Assembly (NCBI GenBank): GCA_001938485.1
Contig: MQRK01175730.1
Coordinates: 44,796 to 94,102 of the forward strand
From: Girardia tigrina
Taxonomy: Eukaryota
DNA length: 49,307 bases
Reading direction: 5' to 3'
Every line of letters starts with the position of its first letter. Position 1 is the first letter of the stretch. Below, piece after piece: positions 1-9,910 of this stretch. The notes under the pieces were generated by a model. The model was not told the origin of the DNA, ran no database searches, and saw nothing but the letters and a program-made list of their open reading frames with translations. The position numbers were made by a program, and so were the translations under genes.

Positions 1-72
1 CGTGATAGAAAAAAACGGTAAACAGTTCTGAAATCAGCGTGAAAAACTGAGTAGGATACGACTCAAACAGTC

Positions 73-980
73 TCAGAAAAAATTTTGAATTGAAAAAATG
101 TAGAATAGTGTTATTAATTTCCATGAAAATCCCAAAATTGTATATAATCTGTATGTTGATAAAATTTGAGAAATAACAACTTTGGATATCGTAAAAATTA
201 CATATATTCCAATTAAACCAACACAAGCTTGACCAAAAAATATAAATTTTCCCCATATTCTTTTCGTCGTATTCATAGTGGCTCTTTGATAATGGTCTAT
301 ACTCAAAAAATTATCATAGTTTACTTTTCCTACTCCATAAGGTAAAACGGTATCGATGATTTCATTCATTACTCTTTCTTTTTTTAGAAGGGAACAAGAA
401 ATTTCGTCTTGAATCTTCAATTTCTTCTGGTGAATAAATACCAATTGTCGACATCTGATCTAAAGACGTAAAAAATATTAAATATTCTAATTTTGTTAAA
501 TCCAATTTTTCGATGCCTTTAACTTCTTTATTATTTGATAACGAAATCCACATTTCTGGTGTTAATCGACATAAAGGTGCTGTTATATCATTACATAGTA
601 ATTTTATAGGTCTTGTTCCATTTTCCACTAGAATTCGTGTTATAGGTTCTACAAATCTTAATTCACCTTTATAGCTAACTGGAAGTTCGTTTGTACACTC
701 ATTATGTTTTATTATTTGAACTGATATTTCTTTACATTTATAACTATACAATGCTTCGCCCATAATTCGTCCAAATACACCTTTTTCAGCGACTAATATT
801 GGAGCGACTAGATTAGGATTTGTTACTACTAAAGCGATTCGATTTTTTAATATTTCTCGGTTCAATTTACAATCATTTAATATAACCTCACGATATAAAT
901 TTTCCACTGTTGATTGATGAAAATGAAATGCAAAATCCATTTTATTGCTCAAATTAATAGGATAATTTTATATCAGCATT
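73..980 (-). pseudogene. Chuvirus-like (env-type) glycoprotein, C-terminal half with TM anchor; frameshifted
   Basis: ORFs 362..952 and 73..444 carry motifs typical of chuviral G / retroelement env: SNKMDF..STVENLYREVILNDCKLNREILKN, GEALYSYKC, CTNELPVSYKGELRFVEPITRIL, GIYSPEEIED..FLFP, and a C-terminal hydrophobic segment WGKFIFFGQACVGLIGIYVIF..LYTILGFSW. Confidence 0.8.
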
Positions 981-1024
981 CGACAGGAAACCGTGTCTCC
1001 ACGATTTTTTAGGAAGAGAGGTGG

Positions 1025-1406
1025 ATAGAAAACGGTAACAATTGCCTTTCATTTTTAAGAAGAACACTTTAGCTTCACCGCCATTTGAAGGGTCCAACAA
1101 GAATTCATCGAGTAAGGCTATTATATCAGCGCAGACTTCTTTCAATTCTCTTTCAATTTGACTTTGGTAGGCTTTAATCAATGGAAGTCGAGAAGGATCT
1201 TTTTGTTCGATGTTACTCATCATCCTCCACGACGCTCTCCGATTTCCGATTACGTTTTTATATGCCACGGATAACAAGTCACGCTCTTCCATGTTCAATT
1301 CACCGGTCATTTCAGCGACATCTCTCATCGCATCAACCACTCCATCATATTTCTCAGCCCGTTCAGCTAATTTAGCTCTATAAACTTTCGTTTCTCTGTC
1401 GGCCAT
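1025..1406 (-). pseudogene. 14-3-3: Truncated, intronless 14-3-3 (epsilon-like) copy covering about the first five helices
   Basis: MADRETKVYRAKLAERAEKYD..EERDLLSVAYKNVIGNRRASWRMMSNIEQK..KVFFLKMKGNCYRFL. Similarity stops after the KMKGDYxRYL-equivalent motif, and several normally invariant residues are substituted. Confidence 0.9.
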
Positions 1407-1509
1407 TTCGTTTATCAATTTATTCTTTTTTTTAATTGAAAATTAGACTTGATAAAAACAACTTTTATTTTTAATTCGATCGATTTATTTTTACAACATT
1501 TTTTTAACT

Positions 1510-2147
1510 TGAATTGAAACAAAGACATTGTATCTTTCTTTTAAACTTTATTTTTAAAATTGTGATTGCAAATCACAATTAAAATGAACACACACACTTT
1601 AACACACACATTCACCAATCATTTTACTTACATATCATTCACAAATTACATTCATACACACGCACTCAGACATTCACACAACACGCACACACACAGTGGC
1701 AGAGAAATCCACTTACCAGTAAATCAAAATTAAAAATGAGGCTCACCATTTGAATAATTATATTAATCAATCGATAAGCAGAAGTCATAGAATCCACATT
1801 CATAATCAACTCACATTTTAACAATCTAATACGGCTTCCAACAAGATTCGAAACAATATAAGAATTCAATTGTAATAAATCAATGTGCCTGGGCTATCGA
1901 AACTAAAATAAAATGTCATCATTCACTTTAATTTTTTTTACTCTAATTTAATTTATTTAATTATTTTAATTTCTTTGATTTTATTTATTTAATTTCTTTT
2001 TAATTTATTTATTTATTTAATTTTATTTAATGAAATTTATTTATTTAGTTATTAATTATTAATTTAATTATTTAATTTAATTATACACTTTCCTTGAAAC
2101 TGGCAAAAATAAATGTTCGGTCAAAATTGGCAATTCTCCGCTCCAAA
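1510..2147 (-). repeat. Putative 3' LTR of the BEL/Pao fragment (boundaries approximate)
   Basis: Follows a polypurine tract AAAGGGGGGAGAA (minus strand, about 2148-2160), is non-coding, and has an AATAAA near 1550. No second LTR is in the window. Confidence 0.35.
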
Positions 2148-3616
2148 TTCTCCCCCCTTTGACCGAACATTCAGCCTTTAATTTTATCATTGGTTGTATT
2201 TGAATCTCTTTTCCACTAACAATTGAAAACATAATCAAATTTTTGCCACAAATGAACTATCATTCTATGGGCTAACATTTTTAACAACCAGCCTGTTATT
2301 TACATTTTTTTACAAATTTATTTACAGTTTCTTTGCTTTAGCAATTTATAAGAACCTTGTTAAGATTGAGTGGTTCTTTTGGTGGAATCGACCTGCTTTT
2401 TCTTTCTCTTTTTCCAACTATCAATTGTTTGGATAACTTCATCCTTTTTCTTTCTCCTCTTCCAATTCTCTATTCTTCGAAACATTGGATCTGTTTTCTT
2501 TCTCCATTTCCAATTTTTTAATTCACTAACAGTTGACTTTGAATTTTCCAATGTAATGATTTGGTTCTAAGTTCAGCAATTTTGACCCATTGGTTTATCC
2601 AATTGATTTGTAACTCCTTTGTGCTATATTCTTTATTAGTCAAACTCTTTTGATAGCTTTCCACTTTAAAACTGCTTTGGTCTTTCCGACAAATCATATC
2701 ACTCTTCACACTAATACTTTTCTCATTTTGCTCGATCACTTTAATATTACTTTTTAAGCGATTCAACTGCGGCTCGCCTTGAACATTTAATCTCAAAACT
2801 CTTTCCAAACATCGAGAATTTTCGATTTCGCTTTTCTTTTTGTTCCCAACAATTTCGCATTTATCGTTATACGATATTTTTCTTTGAACTTCCTCAATCG
2901 ATTCTTGTTCTCCTTTTGACATTTCGCTGACTATTACTTCTGCAGAAAAGATCCTTAATTCATTTTTTGAACTTTTTGTTCTTTCACTTTTAACCAATGT
3001 TTCTCTTTTTATTGTACTATATTTAATTATTTCTGAACCAAGTTTCTCCTCTGTCAAGGTTCGTTCCTGTGAAATATCAAATTGTTTTTTCTTCACCTTT
3101 TGATTTTTAATTTTCTCATATTTTATTTCTCTTACTTTGAACACTATTTTCTGTTTCCACCTTTTAATTTTGTTTTCTTTTGTTTCCAAACTTTTTCCCA
3201 TTTGTTTGATTATTTCTTCTCTATTCACCAAAAATACTTTTGTTTCCTCGAACTCTTCGCGGATTTTGACACAATCTTCAATGGACGATTCTAATTCATT
3301 TGTTAGAATGCCGATTTCTTTTTCTGAAATTTTCTTTTCCAATTTCATTTCCAGTATATCATTATCGAATTTTATTGGTATTGTCGGAGTTTTTCCAAAT
3401 TCTTCTATCTCCCAAAAATATTTTGGGATCATTGTTTTCATCATCTCATCACTAATTGGTTGAGATATTCCAAAATTGGTGATGATTTTTTCCTTCATCT
3501 TTCCGTATACCTGTCCAACGACCGTCCACCCCAATCTTGTTCGTCTCGCGATTGGATCATGTTTGTTTCCAACTTTTTCATCAAGTGACTGGTGAAGCTC
3601 CGGATGATCCAGACCA
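2148..3616 (-). mobile_element. Internally deleted BEL/Pao retrotransposon fragment with a lysine/glutamate-rich coiled-coil-like ORF
   Basis: ORF 2518..3702 contains GLDHPELHQSLDEKVG..PIARRTRLGWTVVG and KYFWEIEEFG, the post-protease motifs of BEL/Pao pol. No RT motifs. PPT at the 3' end. Confidence 0.7.
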
Positions 3617-4719
3617 AGCATTATGTACAACTGTAGCATCGGGTATCTTTTCTTGAGAAACATATAGACCCCTGTAATTTGTTGAATACATTGATTTTCC
3701 ACAACGGTTTTCTTTTTCTTTTCGAATAAATCTCATTCCATCTGCTGAAAGTGATGACTTTAAAACTGTTGCTAAATTCTTTTTTTGAACAGGTACTGCT
3801 TTTCGAGCTTGATGCTTCTTCAGTTTTAACATATCTGGTCTTTCTTGTATTTGAATTCCTTGAGCTTCAATAAATTCTGCTGATTTAAGAAATGCCAAAC
3901 TACAATCTTTATAATTAACTGAGTATAATAATACAGATTCTCCTGTTTGACAGCTTGTAGTTCGATAATTACAAAATGGATGGGATTGTAATTTCCCTGT
4001 AACATCATCAAAAATTGCTTCAAATTCTCTCAGTTCTGTTTGATATTACTCTGATACCATAATTTATCTACTATTTTATTTCCAAATTTTACAGATTCTC
4101 CTTTATATTCTCCATCTGGATCCATTACTCCTTTTCGAAATACAGATTCTCTTGTAATATATCCAACTTTGGCAGTTAAAGTTAAAGTGGAATCAATTTT
4201 TAGTTGTTTCGTTTGAAATGCTGCTTCACAATTTTCTGGTAAGATATCAACAGGTCTTGGTATAGCATCTATTTTAATAAGAGAAGTGTGACTCCATTTT
4301 CCACAATGAAAAACATAAGTTTCACGTTTGACTATACACTCTCGTACTATTGTTCTTCTAAATCCTGGATTCCTGATATAAATGATATAAAACATTTTTC
4401 TCTTCTTTAATTTGTAATGGATAAGCATCGGCACATTCTACGACATCCATTAATGAATATATTTTCCCACTTCTGTTTGTGAACAATCACACGCTACTAA
4501 AGACATCGTTGGAGGTACACATAAGAATAAAATCATAATTAATGATAACCACCACACTCTCGAATTATATTTAGATTTTTTATTATCGTCAATTTTGTTA
4601 TCTTTCAAAGATTCATCTTTTATTACTTTATTTCGAAACTTTTTACTTCTTTTTGACACACTTTTACTTCTTAAATTAACATTTATATCTACATCGGGAA
4701 TGTTTTGATACTGCAACAT
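3617..4719 (-). pseudogene. Chuvirus-like glycoprotein, N-terminal half with signal peptide; frameshifted
   Basis: Reconstructed across frameshifts: VWWLSLIMILFLCVPPTMSLVACDC..SLMDVVEC..ECIVKRETYVFHCGKWSHTS..CNYRTTSCQTGE..RCGKSMYSTNYRGLYV. The cysteine pattern is that of chuviral G. Confidence 0.75.
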
Positions 4720-5098
4720 ATTTTCTTTCTTTTTATTTCAGCTTTTTGTAAATCATCAGTAAATTCGTTAAAATCATTAGTATCGTAACATTCTTCAATA
4801 TAATAAACTGTTATATTATTAATTTCTTTTTCCAAACATCCTTAATAATTTTCATCTTGTAATTCTAAATCCTAAAGAAATAAAATTACTGTTCCTTCAA
4901 TTTTAAACATTTCTTTGACTTTTTGTCTTAAAGTTTTTACTTTAATTGTCCAAACTTTAGCAGTATTAATTGTACCTTTTCCTGGAACTTCAATTGCTAG
5001 AAATAATCTATGAATATCTTTATTTTTCTGCCTACTATATTGTCCAAATTATATCAAAATTTCTTGAATTTCGTTTTTAAACATCGTTTCTTGTTTTA

Positions 5099-5132
<34 letters not shown>

Positions 5133-5182
5133 NNNNNNNNNNNNNNNNNNNNNNNNNNNNNNNNNNNNNNNNNNNNNNNNNN

Positions 5183-5226
<44 letters not shown>

Positions 5227-5945
5227 GATCTATGATTATTTATTACATTATCATTAATGTTTAACGTTTCTATTTCTTTGATTATATTCTTTAACTTTTC
5301 TTCATTAACTTCATTTTTTAATCGTAATGCCAAATCTTTAATATAATTTTCAGATATATTCATTTTATTATTATTATTTTCTAACATTATAATATCAACA
5401 GTATTAATGTTATTTGGTAATATTCCATAATCCACTAAATAGTCTTCTAATTCTACTTCAAAACATTTAAAATTCATAATAAATTTATCATTTACAATCT
5501 TTTGCACAAGCATTTCCTTCAAATGTTTAACTTTTTGAAGATGATCCATTTGAATTACTGTAAATTCTTGTCCATTAAGAGTTATAAAAATCTGAAGATT
5601 ATCTGCCAAAGGCATTTTTCACAATTGTTCTCCTAAAAATTTCAAAAATGTTTTCATTTCACAATTCATCGTTTTATTATCATCTAACTAATTTACTACC
5701 AACTTTATAAAATGTTCAGTTTTATCATTTGGTAAATTTAATTCAATAACTTCTTTAATATTTTTACATATTTTTCCATTTAAATCTTTATTCATTTCCA
5801 TTTCGTTTATTAATCTACTCATATATATTCCCGATTTATCTAACTTAACATCATCAATTATATCAGAAACACTTTGAACTTTACTATCATTTTCATTTCG
5901 TTTCAATTTATTTTTACTTTTGTCTTTTGATGTTGATAGCATCTG
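4720..5945 (-). pseudogene. Decayed upstream extension of the env ORF with two ubiquitin-like domains
   Basis: Ubl1 5382-5597: LQIFITLNGQEFTVIQMDHLQKVKHLKEML..ELEDYLVDYGILPNNINTVDII. Ubl2 about 4797-5009: RLFLAIEVPGKGTINTAKVWTIKVKTLRQKVKEMFKIEGTVILFL*DLELQDENY*G..ITVYY. A few in-frame stops, one frameshift before 4719, and an N gap between the two domains. Confidence 0.5.
5102..5224. repeat. (TA)n microsatellite containing an assembly gap
   Basis: TA repeats flank a run of N at 5133-5182. Confidence 0.95.
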
Positions 5946-5959
5946 TACACTGAAAACGG

Positions 5960-6638
5960 TGAAAAACCTGTGTTGTACAAGAGATATGTGGATGATGTCT
6001 TTTTGGTTTTCAAAAATCAATCCCTCATACAACCATTCCTAACATTCATGAATGGTCTTCATCCGAATATTAAATTTACCACAGAATTGGAAGTAGATAA
6101 TAAACTTCCCTTTCTGGACATTCTTGTCACTATGATGAATGGAGGCTATAAAATTGAATTATTCAGAAAGGCAACAGATACAGGTCTTTACACAACACCA
6201 CAGAGTTTTTGTGAGGAAAAATACAGAGAGGGTATGATCAAAGGGCTTGTTCACAGAGTTTTGAATTTGTCGTCCAGTTTTGAAATTGCAAATCAGGGTT
6301 TAAATATTCTTAGAAAGCGCTTGAGGGACAATATGTATACAAACAAGCAAATAGAACACAACATTATGGTAACATTAGACAAATTATGTACAGATGCATG
6401 TGTTAAAAAACAATTAAAAGAAGGAAATACTGAAGAATACTAACAAATCATTAAAATTCCATATTCTGAAGGATTTAGAGCATTTAAAAAGAGTATTTGT
6501 AGAACAATAAGTAGTTCTAAAGTAGTCTCTGTCACATCTAAAGTTCAAAGTTTCCTCTCAAACAAATCGAAAACAGTTTGTGATTTGCAAGCTAATCTGG
6601 TATATAAATTTAATTGTCACGGGTGTCAAAACTCATAC
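5960..6638 (+). mobile_element. Penelope-like retroelement fragment (RT C-terminus, thumb, start of GIY-YIG region)
   Basis: YKRYVDDVF..NGLHPNIKFTTELEVDNKLPFLDILV..FRKATDTGLY, followed downstream by NLVYKFNCHGCQNSY. In-frame stop at 6443. Confidence 0.85.
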
Positions 6639-7726
6639 TGCTTTTTTCTCATAATGTCTTTTCTGTTTAAGGAATTCTGCAGTGATCTAAATAAGTGCAA
6701 ATCCAATGGGGCCAAGTCTGGAGAATACGGTGGGTGCGGCAAAACCTCCCAACCCATTGATAAGAGTTTCTGGCGAGTGGTCAAACTTGTATGTGGTCTT
6801 GCGTTATCATGCTGAATTACAACTCTTCGATTTACCAATTCAGGACGTTCCTGTTGAATTGAATGAGCCAATTTCTCCAGATGACCACAATATCTGTCTG
6901 AATTGATGGTTTCATTCCTCGGAAGGAGTTCAAAAAACATAATTCCTTTAAAATCCCACTAAACGGAAAGCATAACCTTCTTTTGGTGAATTTCTGCTTT
7001 TGGGATCGTTTTGGCAGGCTCACCACGTTTTGTCCACGATCGTCGGCGTTCCACATTGTTGTAAACAATCCATTTTTTGTCACCCGTAATCAAGAGCTTC
7101 AAAAATGGATCGATTTGTTCTCGCTTCAAAAGGGAATCGCAAATGTCTATACATTTCACCAAATGAATTTCTTTCAGTTCATGTGGTAACCACATATCGA
7201 GTTTACTGACGAATCCAAGTTTCTTTAAATGACTTCCAACACTTGATTTTGATATTTCCAGAGTCTCTGCAACTTTTCTTGTCGTCATATGTGGATTAGA
7301 TTTGATCAGTGCTGTTATTTTTTCGCCATCAACTTCAACTGGTCGACCGGAGCGTGGTGCATCTTTCAGATGAAATTTTTCAGAAGGAAATTTAGAAAAC
7401 CAGTATTGACACTGTCGAAGTTTTAAGGCGTCACTACCATATACAAAAAATATCTTCTTATGAGCTTGCACAGCGGTTTTCCCTTTGCGAAAATAATGCA
7501 ACAAAACATGACGAATATGCTAATTTTGATTTTCCATTTCGAATTGACGGTAAAGTAATAAATTAAAACAAAATCAATTAATATTTTGTATAAATATTTT
7601 GTATTAATATTTTGTATAAAGGTTTCAGAATATATAATTGAATTTAAATTTTATCACATCGTTTTATATTTTCAAACTTTTTATTAGGACGTACTCAAAA
7701 ACGCAATGAATTTTTTGCCAACCCAA
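6626..7726 (-). mobile_element. mariner transposon (mellifera-like TIR), 3'-truncated, frameshifted transposase
   Basis: TA + TTGGGTTGGCAAAAAATTCATTGCG end at 7726. ATG at 7537. Motifs WLPHEL, ITGDKKWI, QHDNARPH, HPPYSPDLAPLD. Confidence 0.92.
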
Positions 7727-7918
7727 TATATTGAACTGAATTTCATAAATTGAAATAGCTAATGCAAGTGCACACACGAGTTAATTCTTGACCAGTCAAT
7801 ATTTAATTTATTTATAATATTTAATATTTAATTTCCTTTTCTACATTTCTAAACAAACACCACAAGACAATGAAGAATCAATGTTTTATTAATTTTTAAA
7901 GTATCTTTCAATTAAGGA

Positions 7919-8294
7919 TCACGCATAGCGTACCTATTTTGATTTCGTTGAATTAAGCTGCTTCGGGAGAGTACTGTCCGAAAATTTGACCAAGGAACAG
8001 TTGTTATTAGATTCATCATAATAGAACGATTTATAATATGGCTTCGTAAGAACTCTGTGTAGGTATACAAATATGTCAATATGTTTATAATATAAACAAG
8101 CTTACAATGTTGCACATCGTATTTTTTCTACTTTGAAGAAATCATAACAACCTCTTTCGTTATCATTGTTAAATATCGGTTCTTTTACTTTAACAAATAA
8201 TTTTGATTGAATCTCAGCTAAAGTATTGTTAAGGTCCTGAAACCAAATATATTTAAAAAAATAAAATTTTAAAATAAATAAATACCTTACACTC
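7919..8294 (-). pseudogene. Spliced 3' exons encoding a PAN/Apple-like cysteine domain (possibly the tail of the lectin gene)
   Basis: Exons 8106-8236 and 7919-8054 are joined by a 51-nt GT-AG intron and read ..GCYDFFKVEKIRCATLVLTKPYYKSFYYDESNNNCSLVKF..; AATAAA lies downstream. Possible 9-nt exon at 8286-8294. Confidence 0.45.
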
Positions 8295-8636
8295 CTAAAA
8301 ATAAATTATAAAAAATAAACAATTAAAATTAAAATAAAATGTGTTGATCAATCCCTTTGTAACTTCCCTTTTGTTTGAGCTCAGTGCTCAGGGATTCAAG
8401 GTAGTTAATGGGGATAATTTGTAACAGTATAAGCAATATTACCAATATTAATAATATTATTTTAGTATTATTATTTATTATATTAAAATTATGATTATTT
8501 CATTATTATTATTATTATTATTTTATTATTATTATTAGTATTTTTATGACTATTATATTATTAATATTGTTGTTATTATTATTATTATTAAAATTATTAT
8601 TATATATAAAAAAAATATAAAAATATATAATATTAA

Positions 8637-8728
8637 CACATTGAATGCTGAGTACGAGATATCTCGTACTTAGCGTCTAACTAATGAATATTGAAGTATG
8701 AGATATCTCGTACTCAGCATTCAATGTG
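8637..8728. mobile_element. 92-bp piggyBac-type MITE (TTAA TSD)
   Basis: About 35-bp TIRs CACATTGAATGCTGAGTACGAGATATCTCGTACTT, TTAA on both sides, and a near-identical copy at 40403-40494. Confidence 0.88.
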
Positions 8729-9359
8729 TTAAAAAACAAAAATTACAATAAAATAAAAATCTTACCTTCTCAAAAAATTGAAATCCAAAAAAAATGAATT
8801 GGGCAATTATGCCCACAGTTTTTGTTAAAAATAAAAACGGGCAATTATGCCCTAATCCACCAGCAATTATGCTGGGATTAATGTGGATAATTCAAATAAT
8901 TGGGCAATTGAGCCCAGAAAAACAAATTTAAATTTAAATGTAAATTTTTAAATAATGGAATTTTTATTTAAATTAAACTTTTATAAATTTTAATATGAAA
9001 CTAGTTTAAATTTTTTTTAACTAATTTAAATTTTTATCAAAATATTTAATTTTTATGTAATCAAAATGGGTATAAATACCCCAAAACGCAAAAATAGAAA
9101 ACGTAACTTTTAATAATAGAAAAGTCATACATTTCAAAAAGTAAAATTATTAATAGAAGAAGATTTACAAAATATTCTGGAACCCTCCATAGTTATTTAT
9201 ACGTTGTATTATTCGGAAGAATTTGTTGATTCAATTGAATAAAGTTTTTAAACAGAATTCCTTTGACTTATTACTATTATTAATATTTGAAAACTAATCT
9301 CCGACGAGATTCATTTGAATAGAAACCTCAAGAGAGGGTTAATCAAATTAATATATTCA

Positions 9360-9910
9360 TTACAAAGTTGGAAGAACCATTTGAAAAGGAGTCAAACAAT
9401 TATATTTGAAAGCTTGTTTAAAGTTATTAAGAAAACTATTTTCGAATATCCAACAGTATTTGAATAAGCAACACAAATAAATAAGAAACTTTTTTTGACA
9501 TCTGACATCCTCAATGAAGTTGTTATATAATGCTGTGCAGTCTTCTCCGGTAGGTACACTGTCGGGTTTCAATTTGAACCAATAATTGGTATTGTTCAGT
9601 TCTAAACCGTCACTAAACATCCATCCATCTCTACTAGTATTTCTTTCGTTTAACAAATCGGTGAGACCAATAAAGTAATATGTAAATTTTGCCATGACGT
9701 TGCATTTTATTGTAAAAGAAATGTCTCTTTCAACAGCCAGTCGTCCGCCTTTTTCAACGCAAATCTGCCATGCCTCACAATAACTTTTCTCCTCTGAAGA
9801 AATGTACAAACAAATATCCCCACAAATTGAGAAACGTTTGGACAATTAGATAAATATAAGTAAAAATGTTGATAAAATATTACTATTTTTAATAAATATA
9901 ATAATTTCAT
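9360..9910 (-). pseudogene. Secreted C-type lectin-like domain gene, frameshifted
   Basis: Signal-like MKLLYLLKIVIF (9910), then after a frameshift CLYISSEEKSYCEAWQICVEKGGRLA..YFIGLTD..GWMFSDG..YW..PDS..EDCTAL..EDVRC. A second frameshift lies near the terminal FIC motif. Confidence 0.8.

Larger units (their letters stand above)
981..3616 (-). mobile_element. Composite 2636-bp insertion (BEL/Pao fragment + putative LTR + 14-3-3 fragment) with a 6-bp target-site duplication
   Basis: AGCATT occurs at 975-980 and 3617-3622. Removing the insert rejoins the env frame as ...QEKIPDATVVHNA|DIKLSY. Confidence 0.7.

Noticed and set aside
2370-3463. Phe/Ser-rich plus-strand ORFs (2370..2570, 3082..3294, 3137..3463)
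   Set aside because: Antisense shadows of the lysine-rich Pao ORF.
8801-8915. Repeat-spacer-like pattern considered as a CRISPR array
   Set aside because: The repeats are only 14 bp, spacing is irregular, the context is eukaryotic, and there are no cas genes.
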